Position numbers and translations under genes: made by a program. A stretch of DNA of 64,000 nucleotides from Chrysomallon squamiferum. Taxonomy: Eukaryota > Animalia > Mollusca. The stretch covers positions 23,436,001 to 23,500,000 of the forward strand of contig CM022672.1 in NCBI GenBank assembly GCA_012295275.1, in the 5' to 3' direction. Positions 1 through 15,453 of the stretch are shown here, in pieces. Position 1 is the first letter of the stretch, and each line of letters starts with the position of its first letter. The notes below the pieces were generated by a model that saw nothing but the letters and a program-made list of their open reading frames with translations, ran no database searches and was not told the DNA's origin.

Positions 1-1073
1 AAGCTTTTAGTTTTAAATAGCGTGGGTGACTTGTCTATGTGAAATTTCTATTACATAAATGACGATATCAGTGGATATGTACATTTTTAATTTTACTTTA
101 TAAACCAATAATATTATTTCGCTCAAATAATCTAGGATTATGCTTATCCTTTACAATGATGTGCTGGTGCAGAATCTGAAGTTTTATCACAAATGAAATT
201 ATAAAAGCTAATAACGTAATTAAATAAAAAAAAATTACATTAAAGCTTTTATTTTGGATAAAGTAGTAAAGCAAAAAACTCAAAAACCACTAATGGAACT
301 GAACTAATAATAAAAAGGTTACCAGAAAAACTGAACGATTTCCCGAAAACATAAATAATTAAGCAATGCTAATTGAATCAGTATATCTTAAGTGAATAAA
401 ACTAAGATTTTTTTTCTCACATTAATGCCTTTATTATGGACATAAAACATTAAGGAAGGTAACTAAAAATACAAAGCATTAGAAGGCCGAAGGGAATACT
501 CGGAGAATATTATCTTAAAACTTGTTCACATGCAAAAAATACACCAGTTAGAATTTATACCACTTCTGTCAATGTATGTTGTAAAGTTGTTGTGTTCTTC
601 GTTTTTTTAAGTCTGTTAGCATGAAGCAAGACATTTTAAAAAGAACTGAAATAAAAGAACTGATGATAAAGGTTCCATCTGATATTTTACATTATTATAT
701 TCACTGGAAAAGTGTGTTTCATCCGACGTGAGCAATTAATAGCACCATACCAGCAGTCGTTTGTATAATTCGAAAATAATTTCAGTGAATAGCGATTTGT
801 GGGTTTTTTCACGATACTATGACGTTTAAAAAATAAAAAGAGAAAATTAACTTTGAACAAAAACCTCGATCGAAAACATCAGCAAAATTTCGATTCCTAA
901 AGTCTCCGGGATCTTCCTGTTTTTGTACCACGGATAGCTTGGAGAAAATTATTGGTATGAAAATTATTCATATTTTTTCAGTTCTTTCAAGTCCAGTATT
1001 AATTATTCTTTTTAACTCTGTGACATCTGCTTCGCCATTATTGTCAATCACGACCATAACGTGATGAATTATT

Positions 1074-1249
<176 letters not shown>

Positions 1250-2134
1250 TTTATGAGATCTAATTTATGCTATTTTGTGCATGGACTTCTGATTTTAGAA
1301 AAAAAAAAATACGTATATTCATTTCATTTTCATATTTTATATATTTATATTTATGTTTCATTGTTGTTCACTGAGTTTAAACAGGTGTGAGGTTCTATAT
1401 TATGTGAGTGAATGCATACGTATGTAAATATTATTATTCTCTTTTTTTTTCTTCAGAGCATAGGTAATACAGTATAAATATCATATGTAGCAGAAGAACT
1501 GAAATAAAAAAAACTGTAACGAGGATGATATTACGCCATTTCTGACATCCTTAATAAATTCAGTATATCAACTATTTGTTTTTAAACTCTCAGGAAAACG
1601 GGTTTTGTTGAATTACGGGTTAATTAGTGTAAAAACGAGGTGTATTGGTCTTTCAGGCTAAAACAAGTATGTGGTTAAGATCTCCGCAGTTAAATATGTC
1701 TTTGATAGTTTTCTTTTCGTTTGCTTCACGTTTTCTCGTTAACATTTGTAACTCCGCGGGGATCATAACGTTCGCCGTTAACTTTTAAAAAAGTCAAGAC
1801 CAAATAGTGGACGAAATAATGCTTAGGAACACACATATGATTTGCAGTTCGTTGCTATGTTCATTATTTTCAGCAGATGCTAAGGAAGCCATTGTAATTA
1901 CCGACGTCATCAACAATCTCGACGTGCTAATGACCAGACTGCTTTTTTTAAAGTACCAATTTAATGTACTTAGCAGACTGCAAATAAAACGACTGTCTAC
2001 CATGGTGTTATCTGCGTTAAAAGTAATTCTGCAGTTAAAATGAAATCATGGACAACATTCGTAATGAAGCGTTTACAAGACGATAATTGTTTGACTGTTT
2101 CTACTTTTTCTATCTACTTGTCCTTCATCATGCA

Positions 2135-2137
<3 letters not shown>

Positions 2138-2200
<63 letters not shown>

Positions 2201-2290
2201 AAATATAGTTATGTTTGTATGTTTATATCTTATATACATGTATGTATGTATGTACGTATGTATGTATCTATGTATGTATGTATGTGTCTC
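2138..2290. repeat. (CT)n microsatellite followed by a TATG-rich tract
   Basis: Direct reading. Confidence 0.95.
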
Positions 2291-2781
2291 TATATTTATA
2301 CTGGTATAATGTCTGTATTGGTATATTTGTATTATTATTAGAAACTATCAGCTGCAAGCATTCGATTCAGTACCTTACACAGACAGAAAAACAGATTTAA
2401 AAAATAATAATAATTAAAAAAAAAATCTGGCAGCAGCTAACCTGATTAACTTCACTGAATAGAAATGACGAATCCATATATCAATTTAGACATCCCTGAA
2501 ACACTTATGACAGCGAAACCGTACAAACATCGTGATGGCATAATTCATATGAGATGAAGGTCGTTTGTTTCTGTTATTGTAGATGAACATCCATAACGCT
2601 GCATAAGGTTACTGAAGTATCATAAACGAATTCATTATACGTTTTGTTAAAGAATCGGAGTAAAAAAGTCAAAACCAAATTGAAGCTAGATGATCATACT
2701 CTTGGAATACAATAAAAAAAAACACAAAAAACTCCCAAAACAGCAGCAACAAAAAAAAAAAAAAAAACAAACAAACAAACA

Positions 2782-2835
<54 letters not shown>
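2782..2835. repeat. (TAA)n microsatellite
   Basis: Direct reading. Confidence 0.97.
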
Positions 2836-5284
2836 TATAATTAAATTCGTACAAATCGCAGTATTAATGGTTTATCTAAATCCATATTTTGTGTAATATT
2901 TTGCTTTGAATATCTTTTTTGTTGTTTTTCAAATCCGTTTCTTAAAAGAAAATAGATTAAATTAATGACAGAAAGACACACCGAAACAGAAACCTTTTTA
3001 TACTTTAGAAAGGCACACCAAAGACATATTCTTATTTTGAAAAGGCTATTAGCGGTAACTGTCCAGCTGTGACTGGTATTACATTAAATCACTAAGTGTG
3101 AAATATTTGTAGATGCTAAAATAAATGGTAAATATGCGTAGCACCGAAATATTTAATTTTAAATGATTCATTTAACATTTATGGGCTAGAACAGTTATAT
3201 GGAACCTTTTAACACACACACACACACACACATGCGTATGTAATTGTTTTTGTGTGCCAAGGACCCGTCGACATAACGTTTTGTGAAACACAACCCTCTT
3301 ACTTACATTTCAAATGATTTTGAGAAACGTTACATCAAAGAGTGTAATTGGACGATTCTCGCTGCAGATACGGTACCAATTCAGTGACAGTTTTTTTAAT
3401 TATGCAACACATGACAGCACTAACTACAGATGCAGTGGTTTCGCAGCAGAAAGTGGGCATATTTTTATTTTAAATTGTCAGTCTGCATATGGTACGGTCG
3501 AAATGAATAAAGAAATGATTATAACTATTATAATACAATATTCCATTTTTTATATACATTTCTTGCAGAAGACGCAACCCGTTTTGAATCTCTACACTAG
3601 AGTCACACGAAAAAGTTAAAACGTTACGAAACAATGTGGTCTGCTTAACACATATATCCCCGAGGTCTCAGAAAATAAGAACGACAATAATCAGTCAGTC
3701 ATCCGAATGACCATTCAGAATGAACGTTAAAAATAAAATCTAAGGAAAGACAACATTAAATATTTACTTAATGGTATCCTATCAACAATTTTAAAGTTAA
3801 CGGTTTTCAGTCATGAATTATAGGTTTTTTTCCGATTATTGATATGAGCGCGGAAACGGTTGACACCGTAAAGGAAAATAAATTTATCAATCGTTTTATC
3901 GAAAAGGCATGTCAAAAACAAAAAGTCACCATAGTGAAACAACAACTGATCATCAATAGATCACCATATATATGCAAATAAAATTAAAGAATTAAATTGA
4001 AAAAATTAAAAAGAATAAAATGAAGAAGAAGAAGAAATAAGACAAAAATAAAAAATAAATAAATAAATAAATAAATAAATGAAATTTCTCTTTGTCCACA
4101 ACCAAACAAATAAAATAAAATAAAATAAAATAAAATAAAATAAATGCGATCTATCGTAAGTGCGATGAAGTCATCATATGCTGTTCAAAATAATGCACGA
4201 GCATTTAAATAATAATAATTTGTAACAACAATACAGCACAACGAGAACAACAAACAGCAAAATAACAGTACATTTCAGATTATACTTCATTTTTAAGAAA
4301 CAGAATTAAAACTTACCTAGCTAAGTAAGAGGCAATCAGAAAAGTTTTCCCACAAACTTTTGCATCCTTCGATGCTTCATTGATTTCATTTTGTGTGCGC
4401 CGAAAGAAAAACCTATCCTGTTTCCGCGCTATGACAAATGCTCTACGGTTGTAGTAGTGTATTGATTCGCCAGTGCGGTGCGTTCGTTTTGTACTCTAAT
4501 CCTAACAGACGTCACCAGAAAGGCTAGGTTTAAACCAAGATATCATCATTTCACACAGCTGCCTATAATAGATGTATTATAAATGGTATATTAGTATTTA
4601 TGGATATGTGATGTGACTGCACGATATCTATGTACGTGTACGTATGTATTATGTCTGTATGTATGCACGCATGTGTATGAGTTCATATGTAAATCTGCAT
4701 TCCAATTTCGATTAATGGATTCGTAGCAGATTTATGAGTATTTACCTTCTGTAAACTGACACAAACTGAATGAGTACAAATCCATGAAGTAGTGGTCCAG
4801 TACTTTAAGGCTGACAACAAAACTAAGAACACGAGGGCAAATCAATATATATCATTTGTCATTATTTCCAATGCATATGTGCAATACTTAACGTTTAGTA
4901 TATAAAATATCAGATATCATCATCTTAAGCGAAACACCTTATTGTTTTTTTGGCCTTGGAATGTTTATCGACTGATCAACACAAAATGTGCAGAGGAATC
5001 CTAGAATCGTGGAAAATGTATGCCAACAACAGCTTAAAAACAATAATGAGAAAAAAATTAGTTTTTCTCAAATAGATTAGGAAATGATGGGGAAAAAAAA
5101 TGGCTGTTCGTAGGTAATTCGTGCCTGAATCGAGAAAACCAAAATGTTTAGGGCAAATTATCCGTGGTATGCCTGCAGCACGAAGAAAACTACTTTTCAT
5201 AAAAATAAAATGTTTTATATCTTCTTGTCCAGCGCTATTGTGTACTAAGTTCAGTTTAATTTAAGATTATATGTATGTGTGCGT

Positions 5285-5318
<34 letters not shown>

Positions 5319-6279
5319 ATTCAGATTTAAAATTAATTTCAGTTTCCACGTCTAAACCTGTTCTTAGAATTCTAATGTCCACATTAAATATTACATAAAA
5401 TATTGTTGATCGTTCTGATTATCATTACAGCTTTCAGCCCACTGCAATAAACAAAAAACTTGGCAATTACAGATTCGTAAAAAGAGACGAAAACAGAGAA
5501 ACCAGTTAGTCTAACTCTGTTACAGACTAGAGAAAAACCAAGATAGCATTGTTGTTATCATCATCATCATTATTGCAGTTGTTGCTGTCTTTACTGCTGT
5601 TGTCGTTGCAGTTTTAGTTTTATAGTGTCTGCTGATTTAGTAAGTGTTTTTAATGTTGTTGTTAAAAACAAATAAAAAAATAAGAAGGAGAAAGAAAATG
5701 TTTTTCATCAGTCTAATATCATTTTTTATTTTTATTTTTATTTTTTTTGATGATGATGTTTTTCTCCTGATTTGTCGATTTATTATTTTTTAATACATCG
5801 TATTATTACTTTTTTTTTAAATTGTTTTTTTATTTCAGTTCTCGACAGAAATTAATCGATACCTTCCTAAATTAGAAAATTTTAGTTAGCATAATAAATG
5901 ATGATTAAAAACGACGACTACGATAATTGCAACGGAAATGGTAGCGACTACTGGAAGATGATCATCAGCACCACTGTTAAAAGAACAAAAAAAAGTGCTA
6001 TTATGGGCGTCAATGGAACCTCAAGAGAATTAGTAGCGACAACGACGATACCAGCAACAACAACAACAATAATAATAACAACAACAACAACAACAACAAC
6101 AACAATAATAATAATAACAACAAGATGAGAAGAAGAAGAAGAAAAAGAAGATGATGATCCAAGTGATGAAACAGGCTATGACCATAATAATAGAACAGTT
6201 ATAAAATCAGATAACAAAACAAACTTCATCATAAATAGCTGAAATAAGGATAACAGTAACAAATAGCCTATTAATATCG

Positions 6280-6283
<4 letters not shown>

Positions 6284-6372
<89 letters not shown>
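6284..6372. repeat. (GA)n microsatellite
   Basis: Direct reading. Confidence 0.98.
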
Positions 6373-6374
<2 letters not shown>

Positions 6375-9044
6375 CATTGATAAATCAATCTGTAACATCA
6401 CAAAATATGATGATGATTAACACATTTAAAGCGAAACAAACAGAACAGCTGTCACAGCTGTCGTATTCATATCAGCCTTTCACAGAAACATTTCCATGAG
6501 TATAGCAGGCTCTCGTATACAGGTGCCTATTTTGACAGAATTTTACCATCAGGTTTTATCAAGAAAACACATTGATCTCTGTACAGCACAAAGCAGACGA
6601 AGGCATGCCGTTAAGTTGAACATTAATAATGTCCGGTCGTGCACAATAGATCGCAGCAATGTTTAGTGTCTAGCGGCCCCGGCTACAGTTCCTATTAATC
6701 GCACGAACTCTTACTGGCCTGCACTTCATAACGTAGCCCCACTCGTAACAGGTGTCCGTGATCTATTGAGCTATTCTTTAGGATCATTCCTTTTTCTCTC
6801 TCACATACTTCGTTTTCAATTTAATATCTGCAGGAATGATTACGTTACAAGTGCACTTTATCACCAGGATGATTACTTACAATAAAAAAGTGCCTACGTA
6901 ATTCGACTGCTGACGTTAATAAAACAGAACATATTCTGTAAAAGGAATCATTATATCATGATTGTAAGCATTAGATTTAGTGATAAATAAAATCTGCAGA
7001 TACAGTGAAGGAAGTAATATTATAAGAATGCGAAAAGCGAGATTGTATTTAGATTTTGTATTTTTTTCTTGTTTTTCTAAATAGCTACATATGTACGTAT
7101 GTATGTATTATGTATGTGCAAAAGCATATGTATTTCATTGTGAAAATACTTAGACAAATAATGTATTTATCAATGTTCATGTGACTTTATGTGAAGGCCA
7201 TTAATGTTTAATGCCACTTATTTCGTTAGGATCAACCAGAGATAAAAACCGAAAACGGTTTATTATTATTATTATTATTATTATTAAAAAGATGTTTTAT
7301 TTTAGGAAAAAAAAAAAAAAAGACTATCTTATTTCTTACTTTTGTCTTAAATTTATTTATTTATTTACTTATTTATTTATTTACTTATTTATTTATTCAT
7401 TTTATCTGTACTTTTCCGCGAGGTGATATAATATATGTCAAACATGAGAAAAAAGGCAAAACAGTTTCCTGTTTGAACGAATATAAATAATTGTATAAGT
7501 ATTTCTAAACTAATGTGATCGAGGCATGTAAGAATGTAACTGTATAAATACAGAAATAGTAAAATAATTTTACGTAAATTACATTAAAATAATTATTATA
7601 TTTATATTTGTTACTTAGGCATCAGTAATGCGTATAATTATGCCTTCAACTCTGAACACATATAGACACATATCCAGACATTTTTTAATAGAAATCTGGA
7701 CTTGCCTAATAAATTTGTTTCGGCATCTAATTATTAATATGCTACCAACAAATTAACATCGTTGGAAATGTCATTATTTTAGGTAAATTACGTATGATGT
7801 TTACTTCACAGAAGTAGCTTATATGAAAAATCTAGCAAGCAGAATAAGAAGGATTTCCTCATTATTAAAGATATCCAAGATATTAAAGATTAATTACTTT
7901 TATGTACAAATAGCTATCCCAACGTACGAGTTTACAAAATCTTCAATCTAAGCACATAATCTTCAAATCAGGATTCCACATCGGAAAACAGGTTTTCCTG
8001 TTTTCATTAACCTATTATATAGAATCAAAAGAATGCGTTCTCAGAAGAATTAGTATTTCCAAATTAATGCTTTCAAAAAATACTCTTTATGTGTAATAAA
8101 CCTTATCTTCAAAAGTTATAATGAGGAAGTTAAAGCAGATCAGTTCAAGGTTCCTACACTAACGACCTTCATTTCGGCCTCACGGAAACACTAGTAAGAA
8201 AATAAGCTGATATATTTGTCTTATTAACAAGGACTTTTCACTCGTAACAAGTAAACTGTGGCAAAAGTCCGCCACCTTGAATGAATTTATAAAAGGTTCA
8301 TATAATTTAACCGACAAATATTTTCGTACTGTATTGCTTTTTTACCCCTACCTATGGGAAGGTGTTTTGTAAGCATTAAATTTAAATTTACAAAACAGTA
8401 TCAGTGTGTATGGGTGTATGTATACATCTGCTTATCTTCATTGGTCTGGGTTGTCTGTTTCTTATGTTCTGTTTTAGAAAAGAAATAACTTTTTTTTTTT
8501 TGTATTTATTGATCATTTTTTTGTTTTTAGTGAAAAAGAAAATAATTATAGTATATTAATCATCATTTGCAAAATCCTAATTGCTTTTAATATTAAAAAA
8601 AAAAATGTTTTGTTAAAAATTAATACAAATGATTAGGTCGTATATCCAGTAAACATAATCATGATTGTATCAAATTACCGCACAAACAAACATTTCTATT
8701 TCAATTTACTTTACTTTAAGTTTTGTTTTATTTTGACTTTTTAAAATTGAATGTTTAGAAAAGGGAAAAATTGATAAGTGAGAATGAAAGCATTTGGCAT
8801 ATTTTAAGAATAAATTATGTCAAGAAGAAAAAACTATATAGGACTATGTTTGAATTTCTTTTCTTTTTCTTTATATTTCTTTATTTAATAAGAATATTGT
8901 TTAGATCTTTGCTTGAGAGTTAACAAGTGTTGATATATGAGACAGAGATAAAGGTATGAGTAAACATGAAAATGAACTTAAGGCAATAACAATAAATATT
9001 ATTTTAATTATTTTTCAAATCATTTTTTGGTTGTTTTGTTGCTG

Positions 9045-9046
<2 letters not shown>

Positions 9047-9094
<48 letters not shown>

Positions 9095-9195
9095 TGTTTG
9101 TTGTTATTTGTTCATTTTATTTTTATTTTTGTTGTTGGTTTTTTTTCTCTAGAGTCCATTCGTAATTATTATATCAGTAAACCAAGTGATCGAGT

Positions 9196-9290
<95 letters not shown>
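9047..9290. repeat. (TAT)n (9047-9093) and (AG)n (9197-9290) microsatellites
   Basis: Direct reading. Confidence 0.97.
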
Positions 9291-9292
<2 letters not shown>

Positions 9293-11352
9293 ATTTTCCC
9301 TTCATTTTTATTATTAATGTTTTTTTTAGTTGTTTTTTGTTATTGTTGTTGATATTGTTGTTGCTGTTGTTAATTGAAATTCTGGTCTAATTCTTATCAA
9401 AACTAAACCCGTTACTCAGAATTTCATCCTCTGATTTCACGAGACTGTCTTCCCAAATCTACAATTATTCTGGCGAGTCGTTATAATAAACTACAAAAAC
9501 TAATTTAAAGTCACAGAACAGGTAGATTTCTGTAAACTAAGGTCATTACAGACCGTTCTCGCAGTTTGTATCCTGGATTCATCAAAAATATTCACCGTAT
9601 TCAATTTTCTTTATTAATTTGGAAAATTAAATGTATTACATTTATTCAGTACATCTGGTTTTGTATTTGTACATAAATTAGGATTTAAAGTGTTTAGCCT
9701 TTAAGATGGTTTTTCTTTATTTTGCCTTTCTTTTTATTTTTCTCTCTTTAGATATGTGTGTGTACGTGTAATTTTGTTTTCAACATTTTCTGATTTTTCA
9801 TAATCTGCATTAATCCTATTCTTATTTATTTATTTATTATTTTTATATATTTTCTTATTTATTAGCACCTCTTCACTATCTATTTCTATAATATTTCTTT
9901 AGGTAATAAATTTTATTTAATTCTACCTGCTCGGCTTCTTAACCAAGGCCTCTTAGGAGATTTCAACTGTTCTAATTTGCAGCTGGAGTAAGACCTCGTC
10001 ATTTTTAACAATGAAATCTGAAACCATTCCAAAGGAGCTATTTAAACAGTTTCCATGCAGTGAACTGATTTCAGACAGGTAGACAAAAAAATAAATACCA
10101 GATCTATAAAGAGGATCCCAGTGCAGACACGAAGATGCAAGGTTAATTGGTTGTCCTGTTAACTTTATCAATAATTCAATGAAACTAGAAGAACTCAGAG
10201 GCGGACAAAGGTGGTGTCTTATTGGCCCATTCCTTCTTTTTCTATATTCAGTTGTTTTGTTTCTTTTGTTTCTTTTGTTTTTTTTCTTGCCTAGTGATAT
10301 TTTTTATGGTTATTTGTCTGTCAGGGTACAAAATATATTTTTTTTGAAAAAGAACCTATAAGAGTAAGAGAAGAGAAATAACGCAAATGAAATTTTGTGA
10401 CTTCTATATTTGGCTATTGTCTTCAAAAAGTAATTTTAATTTTGATGTCTGTGTGGGTGTATTTGTCTGAGAGTTTAATTTGAAAATAAATTTGAAGAGT
10501 GTCTATATCACTCTCACCGCTTTTAAGTATATTTCTGCTTAATGTGTAGGTGTCTATCAGTTAGTGCATGTAGGTATAAGGAATCAAACAAATCGAGTGC
10601 AACCAGGGCTTCGTGGTCTTAATCTCTTATATACACATGTATATTAATGCGTTTTTAATACGTACATATGTATGTATATATATATATATATAACTGTGTG
10701 TTTGTGTCTGTGTATATATGTGTCTCTATGTGTGTGTTCGCATGAGTACATATTGGTAGATATGTATGTAGGAATAGATGGATGTCCGTATATATGTATT
10801 TATGTATGTATGTGTGTATGTGTATTAATAATGTATATGTATATGTGTGTATATGTATGTGTAAATACATTAGTATATAAATGCGGCAATTTGTTGCCTT
10901 TAATAAGCTGAAACCTGTGTGGCTGTTTAACCTACAATCTGTTTCAAGTCCTTCTACTTTGCAAAATTTGTTTCGAACTTCTATCAAGTCTAATATTTCT
11001 GTTCGAGAAACCATCCATCAGTGATGTGTCACAGTGGAGAGTTAAAGTAATTGCTAAATTTCTCAGAACTTTTGATCTAAGCTTACATGAAATATGAAAC
11101 TGTAAGTTATAACATTCTCGCACAGAGAGACCTCTGATATTTGACAAATGAATACTGCTTGGTTTCAGGCATTATTTGTGCCCTCAGCTCTGCTGTCATT
11201 TCCAAACAGATGAGAAATATTACTGTGGAGACTACTGTTATCATATGCGTAAAATTAAAAGCTAGATTAAAAGTTACAAGGAAGTTTTTTTTTCTTGAAA
11301 GATAGCTAGATGTTAGCAAACAGAAAAACAAATAGAGATATATTAAAAAAGA

Positions 11353-11408
<56 letters not shown>

Positions 11409-13531
11409 AGAGAGAGAGAAAAAAAATAGATACGGAAATGTCATAGATAGAAAAACAAATTTCAGGGTAATCTATTTAGATTTACATTATTTGCATTTGT
11501 TTCTGCATATTAGCATATTATTAATGACTTTATTAATTCCAGACTCTAGAGACTACACATTTGACGTCATTTCGAAATCAGCAGGAAAACTAAATAGAAA
11601 TATAATGTCGTTGTGTTCCTAAACTAGTGTTTGAATTCGTGTTATTCAGAATTGGCTACACAAAATCATTCTTCAGTCTGCTAATGATAACTAATGAAGT
11701 ATTCTGTTCAGGAAACTCGCTCTAATATCCTTGTCGATAATGGTAAGCAGCTTGAAAATAATATCTGTTTATTAATCAAAATTAATATCACATTTAGTTG
11801 ACAGAGAAAAAAATTATATCAAAATAAAGATAAAAAGAGGTAAGGCCTATCATGTATGGATTAGTTTATTATTTGGTATATCAATGATTCACAAGGATTT
11901 AAATTTACTTGATTTCGTAGCCAGGATCTAAACAGGTGTTAAAAGAATTAGGAACTTTCATGACCACGATGATGAATCTTTTCGCATTCACGTTAGAGTT
12001 CTTTCCGTACAAAAGTATTTTCCTTTTCGTTATTTTCTTCCCTTATTTTACAGTAGCGTTATACTTTTCTGAAGGATCTTTGTGTTGTCGTTGCATGATA
12101 TTTGTAATATTTTTCTTGTTCGATGAGAGTTTTCTTGCAGAAAGGTTGTTTTATGCAGATTTTGCTTTCTTTTCTAGTATGTCCTTTTATTCATTAATGC
12201 TATCATCCTTTTTGTTGTGGGTAGATTTTCTGTTTCTGTGGAAGCTCTAAAAGTAAAATAACGAATACTTAGCTGTAAAACATATAATCAAACAGATTTA
12301 AAAATTAACATAAAATAAATAATTAAATAAACAAAAATCAGTCAGATAGGAAAAAAAAAAGATAATGATCATTCATTTTTCTCTCCTTTTCTCTCTGTCT
12401 TTCTTGCTTTCTCTATATCTATCTGTCTATCTATGTTTCTGTCTCTCTATCCATCTATCTATTTATCCATTTATATCTTTTTCAAAGTTCACGCTCTGAT
12501 GCATTTTAAAAATATCAGTATTAGTAATAGTATTTATTGTTGTTGATGATGTTGTAATGACCTTGTTGTAAGGTAGCACTTCTACATTATAGCCTTACTG
12601 TACTCACAGCTAGCCAAAAACGCGTTTCATTGTCCGAGAGAAGACATATTCAAAATAATTCAGGAAGCTTTGGTTAACAATTCATTGTTTTGACAACAAA
12701 AACGCCTTCTTTTCCTGGCATGCCAAATAAATGAGTTCCAGGACTGCAAGCCCATGCCAGTTTTAAAGCAGCTTTTTGTTGCTGATCGGTTTTTTAAATT
12801 GTCTCAAAATGAGACAGAAAATATCATTACGTGTTAATGAGAAAAGTAATTATAATAATAATAACACAACAACAACAACAATAATAATAATAATAACAAT
12901 AATACTAATTATAATAATACTAATTCTAATAATAATAAATATTACTATTATTACTATTACTATTATTAATGATGATGATGATGATAATGATGATGAGAAA
13001 AGGAAGAAGAATAACAAAACCTACAACAGCATAAAAGAAAAGATTAAGAACAAAATAAGTGACCAGGAAAATGTATAGAAAAAAAAAGCAAAAAGATGCT
13101 AAAAGCAGAAAGAGATAATTCAAAAACAAAACAAAACAGAAAGAAGAATGCAGATGTGGAGGTGTAATAGTGTTGATGGAAAACAGGAAAAGAAAAGAAA
13201 ATCAAGAAATGAGAAAATGACAACATCTAATGTTGATAATTACAGCATTAAAACTGCAAAAAAGTTCGATTTTTTTTTAAAGAAAGTCGCTTATTTGTAT
13301 TCCATTGTCTGTGTGAATGGCATCCCCGATATTACCGATAATTCCTGGTTTTACGAAAACCATTTTCCTGTCTGGTCGGTAGTCAGTTTCTCAAAACACG
13401 AACTGGTAGGATCCTTACATTCACAGAAAGCTTTGGAAATAGAATAAATTTGCGTAAATATTGTAATAATAGCAGCTAGTAGACAGGATCATAAGCATCT
13501 AATAATAATAAAATCAGTAGTAATAAATGGT

Positions 13532-13620
13532 AATAGTAGTAGTAGTAATAATAATAATAATAATAGTAGTAGTATTAGTAATAGTAGTAGTAGTAGTAGT
13601 ACTAGTACTAGTAGTAATAG
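13532..13620. repeat. Compound (TAG/TAA)n microsatellite
   Basis: Direct reading. Confidence 0.93.
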
Positions 13621-14176
13621 TGATTGTAGAAGTAATAATGGTAACAACTGTCGAGTAGAAATAGTTGTAGTAGCAACAGTAGTTAGAGCTAGTAGAAGGT
13701 TTTAGATCTTAGTTCTAACCTTTTCTGAAAGTGACCTTTACTTTAGTTTTGACTTCAAGACCTATTCATTATTTTACAGCATACAGTTCTTATACTCAAA
13801 TATATCCTTTTTATAAAACAGTCACTGAAGCCAATATTTTTTACACTGAATTTTTTAAAACACTACGGATACTAATACCTCCAGTTCAGTGGTAATGTCT
13901 TTAGGCTACCGTAGAACAAAACAGAAAACGGAAAATACCCAAGGCTTGAAAGTAAGAAGACGTAATTGTTCAAAGGAAACGTCAAGGAGAAAGAATATTT
14001 GAACGCCTTTAGCAATGTATGGATTCAGGGCGACCCTTTGAACATTGGCCCGACAGGGATTAGCGCTAATTTGCAAGATTCAACTTTTATGGTATACGTC
14101 AAACTTTCACACATTGTAGTCAGTCCTTATCTTAATTATACATCTGGAAACTAAAACTGGATATTCAAACTCATGA

Positions 14177-14223
<47 letters not shown>

Positions 14224-14920
14224 TGTGTATATATGTATGTATGTGTGTGTATATGTTTGTATAGATGTATGTTTATATGTTTGTTTGTGTGTATGTGTGT
14301 AAGCGTGTATTATTAATATGTATAAAATTCAAAAGAGTATCTTTAAAGTTTCAGGGAATCCGATCATGTGATATCTTCAGCTAAACAAATAACAGTGCAG
14401 GTAATTCAAATATAAAGAGATTTTACTTCATTGACCTAAATCGTATATTCTGGTCTCTTTGATATAATTCAGAAAATAGAATTTTGGCTGCTTGGTAATA
14501 AATTAAGGGAAATCGTCTCTAATTGCTACTGCTGTTCTTATAGTCACCAGGAGCGCCAAGTACAATCAAGAGAAACAATCGTACTGTCTGTATCAAACGT
14601 CACGAGAGGCACAGTGGGGTTTCGATTGTCTGCTTCGTTTCAGGCAGAGTAAGACAAACTGCAGACATATGGGTTGTATCATGGTTCTAACAAAGACTAG
14701 TGCACTGAATGAAGTTTGTGGTTGAGGAAGAAACGATTATACAGCTCTCGAAATTCGTTGTAGTAACAAGAAAAACGTAACTCGGTGAAAAATATGTAAC
14801 AACAATCGAACTTTTCCACTTTCGTTTTTCTAGGAACGTGGGTCCAAAAATAAAATAAAATTAAATTAAATTAAATTAAAAATTAAAAAAGCACACAAAT
14901 AAAATAATAATAATAATAAT

Positions 14921-14975
<55 letters not shown>

Positions 14976-15300
14976 TAAGGCTAAAATTAATGCATTGGTT
15001 ATGAATTTTATGAAGATTAAACCCAGTTATCAATTCGTAAGTTGACTTTGGCATAGCAAAATATATATAAATATTCTAATTTTCTTATACATTTTAATAT
15101 TAATTGTTTTTGTATTAGAATATTATTTCGTATAATGATTACGCGGGAGAGATTCCATAACAGAGATTTATATCGATTAGCGGTATCATTTGATCTGGAG
15201 AGAAAATACATACTGTATTCTTTGATAAAGACGTCTTTACAAAATTACGTGAAATAAGAAAGAACTAAACGGCGCAGTCTATAATTTACCATAATGCAGA

Positions 15301-15453
15301 CATCATAAAACAGTGAAGAACCACATTAACAGTGAGCCATCATCTAAACAGTGAACCAACGTCTAAACAGCTAACAATCATCTAAACATTTTAATCATCA
15401 TATTAACATGAATCATCATCTAATCAGAGAACCCGTCGTCTAAACATTTTAAC
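15301..15453 (+). repeat. Degenerate 19-bp minisatellite (consensus about CATCATCTAAACAGTGAAC), about 8 copies
   Basis: ctaaaca recurs at 15344, 15363 and 15382, with decayed copies on either side. Confidence 0.8.

Noticed and set aside
13966-14154. 62-aa protein-looking ORF (MFKGNVKEKEYLNAF...)
   Set aside because: Non-ATG start, no convincing splice sites and no recognisable domain.
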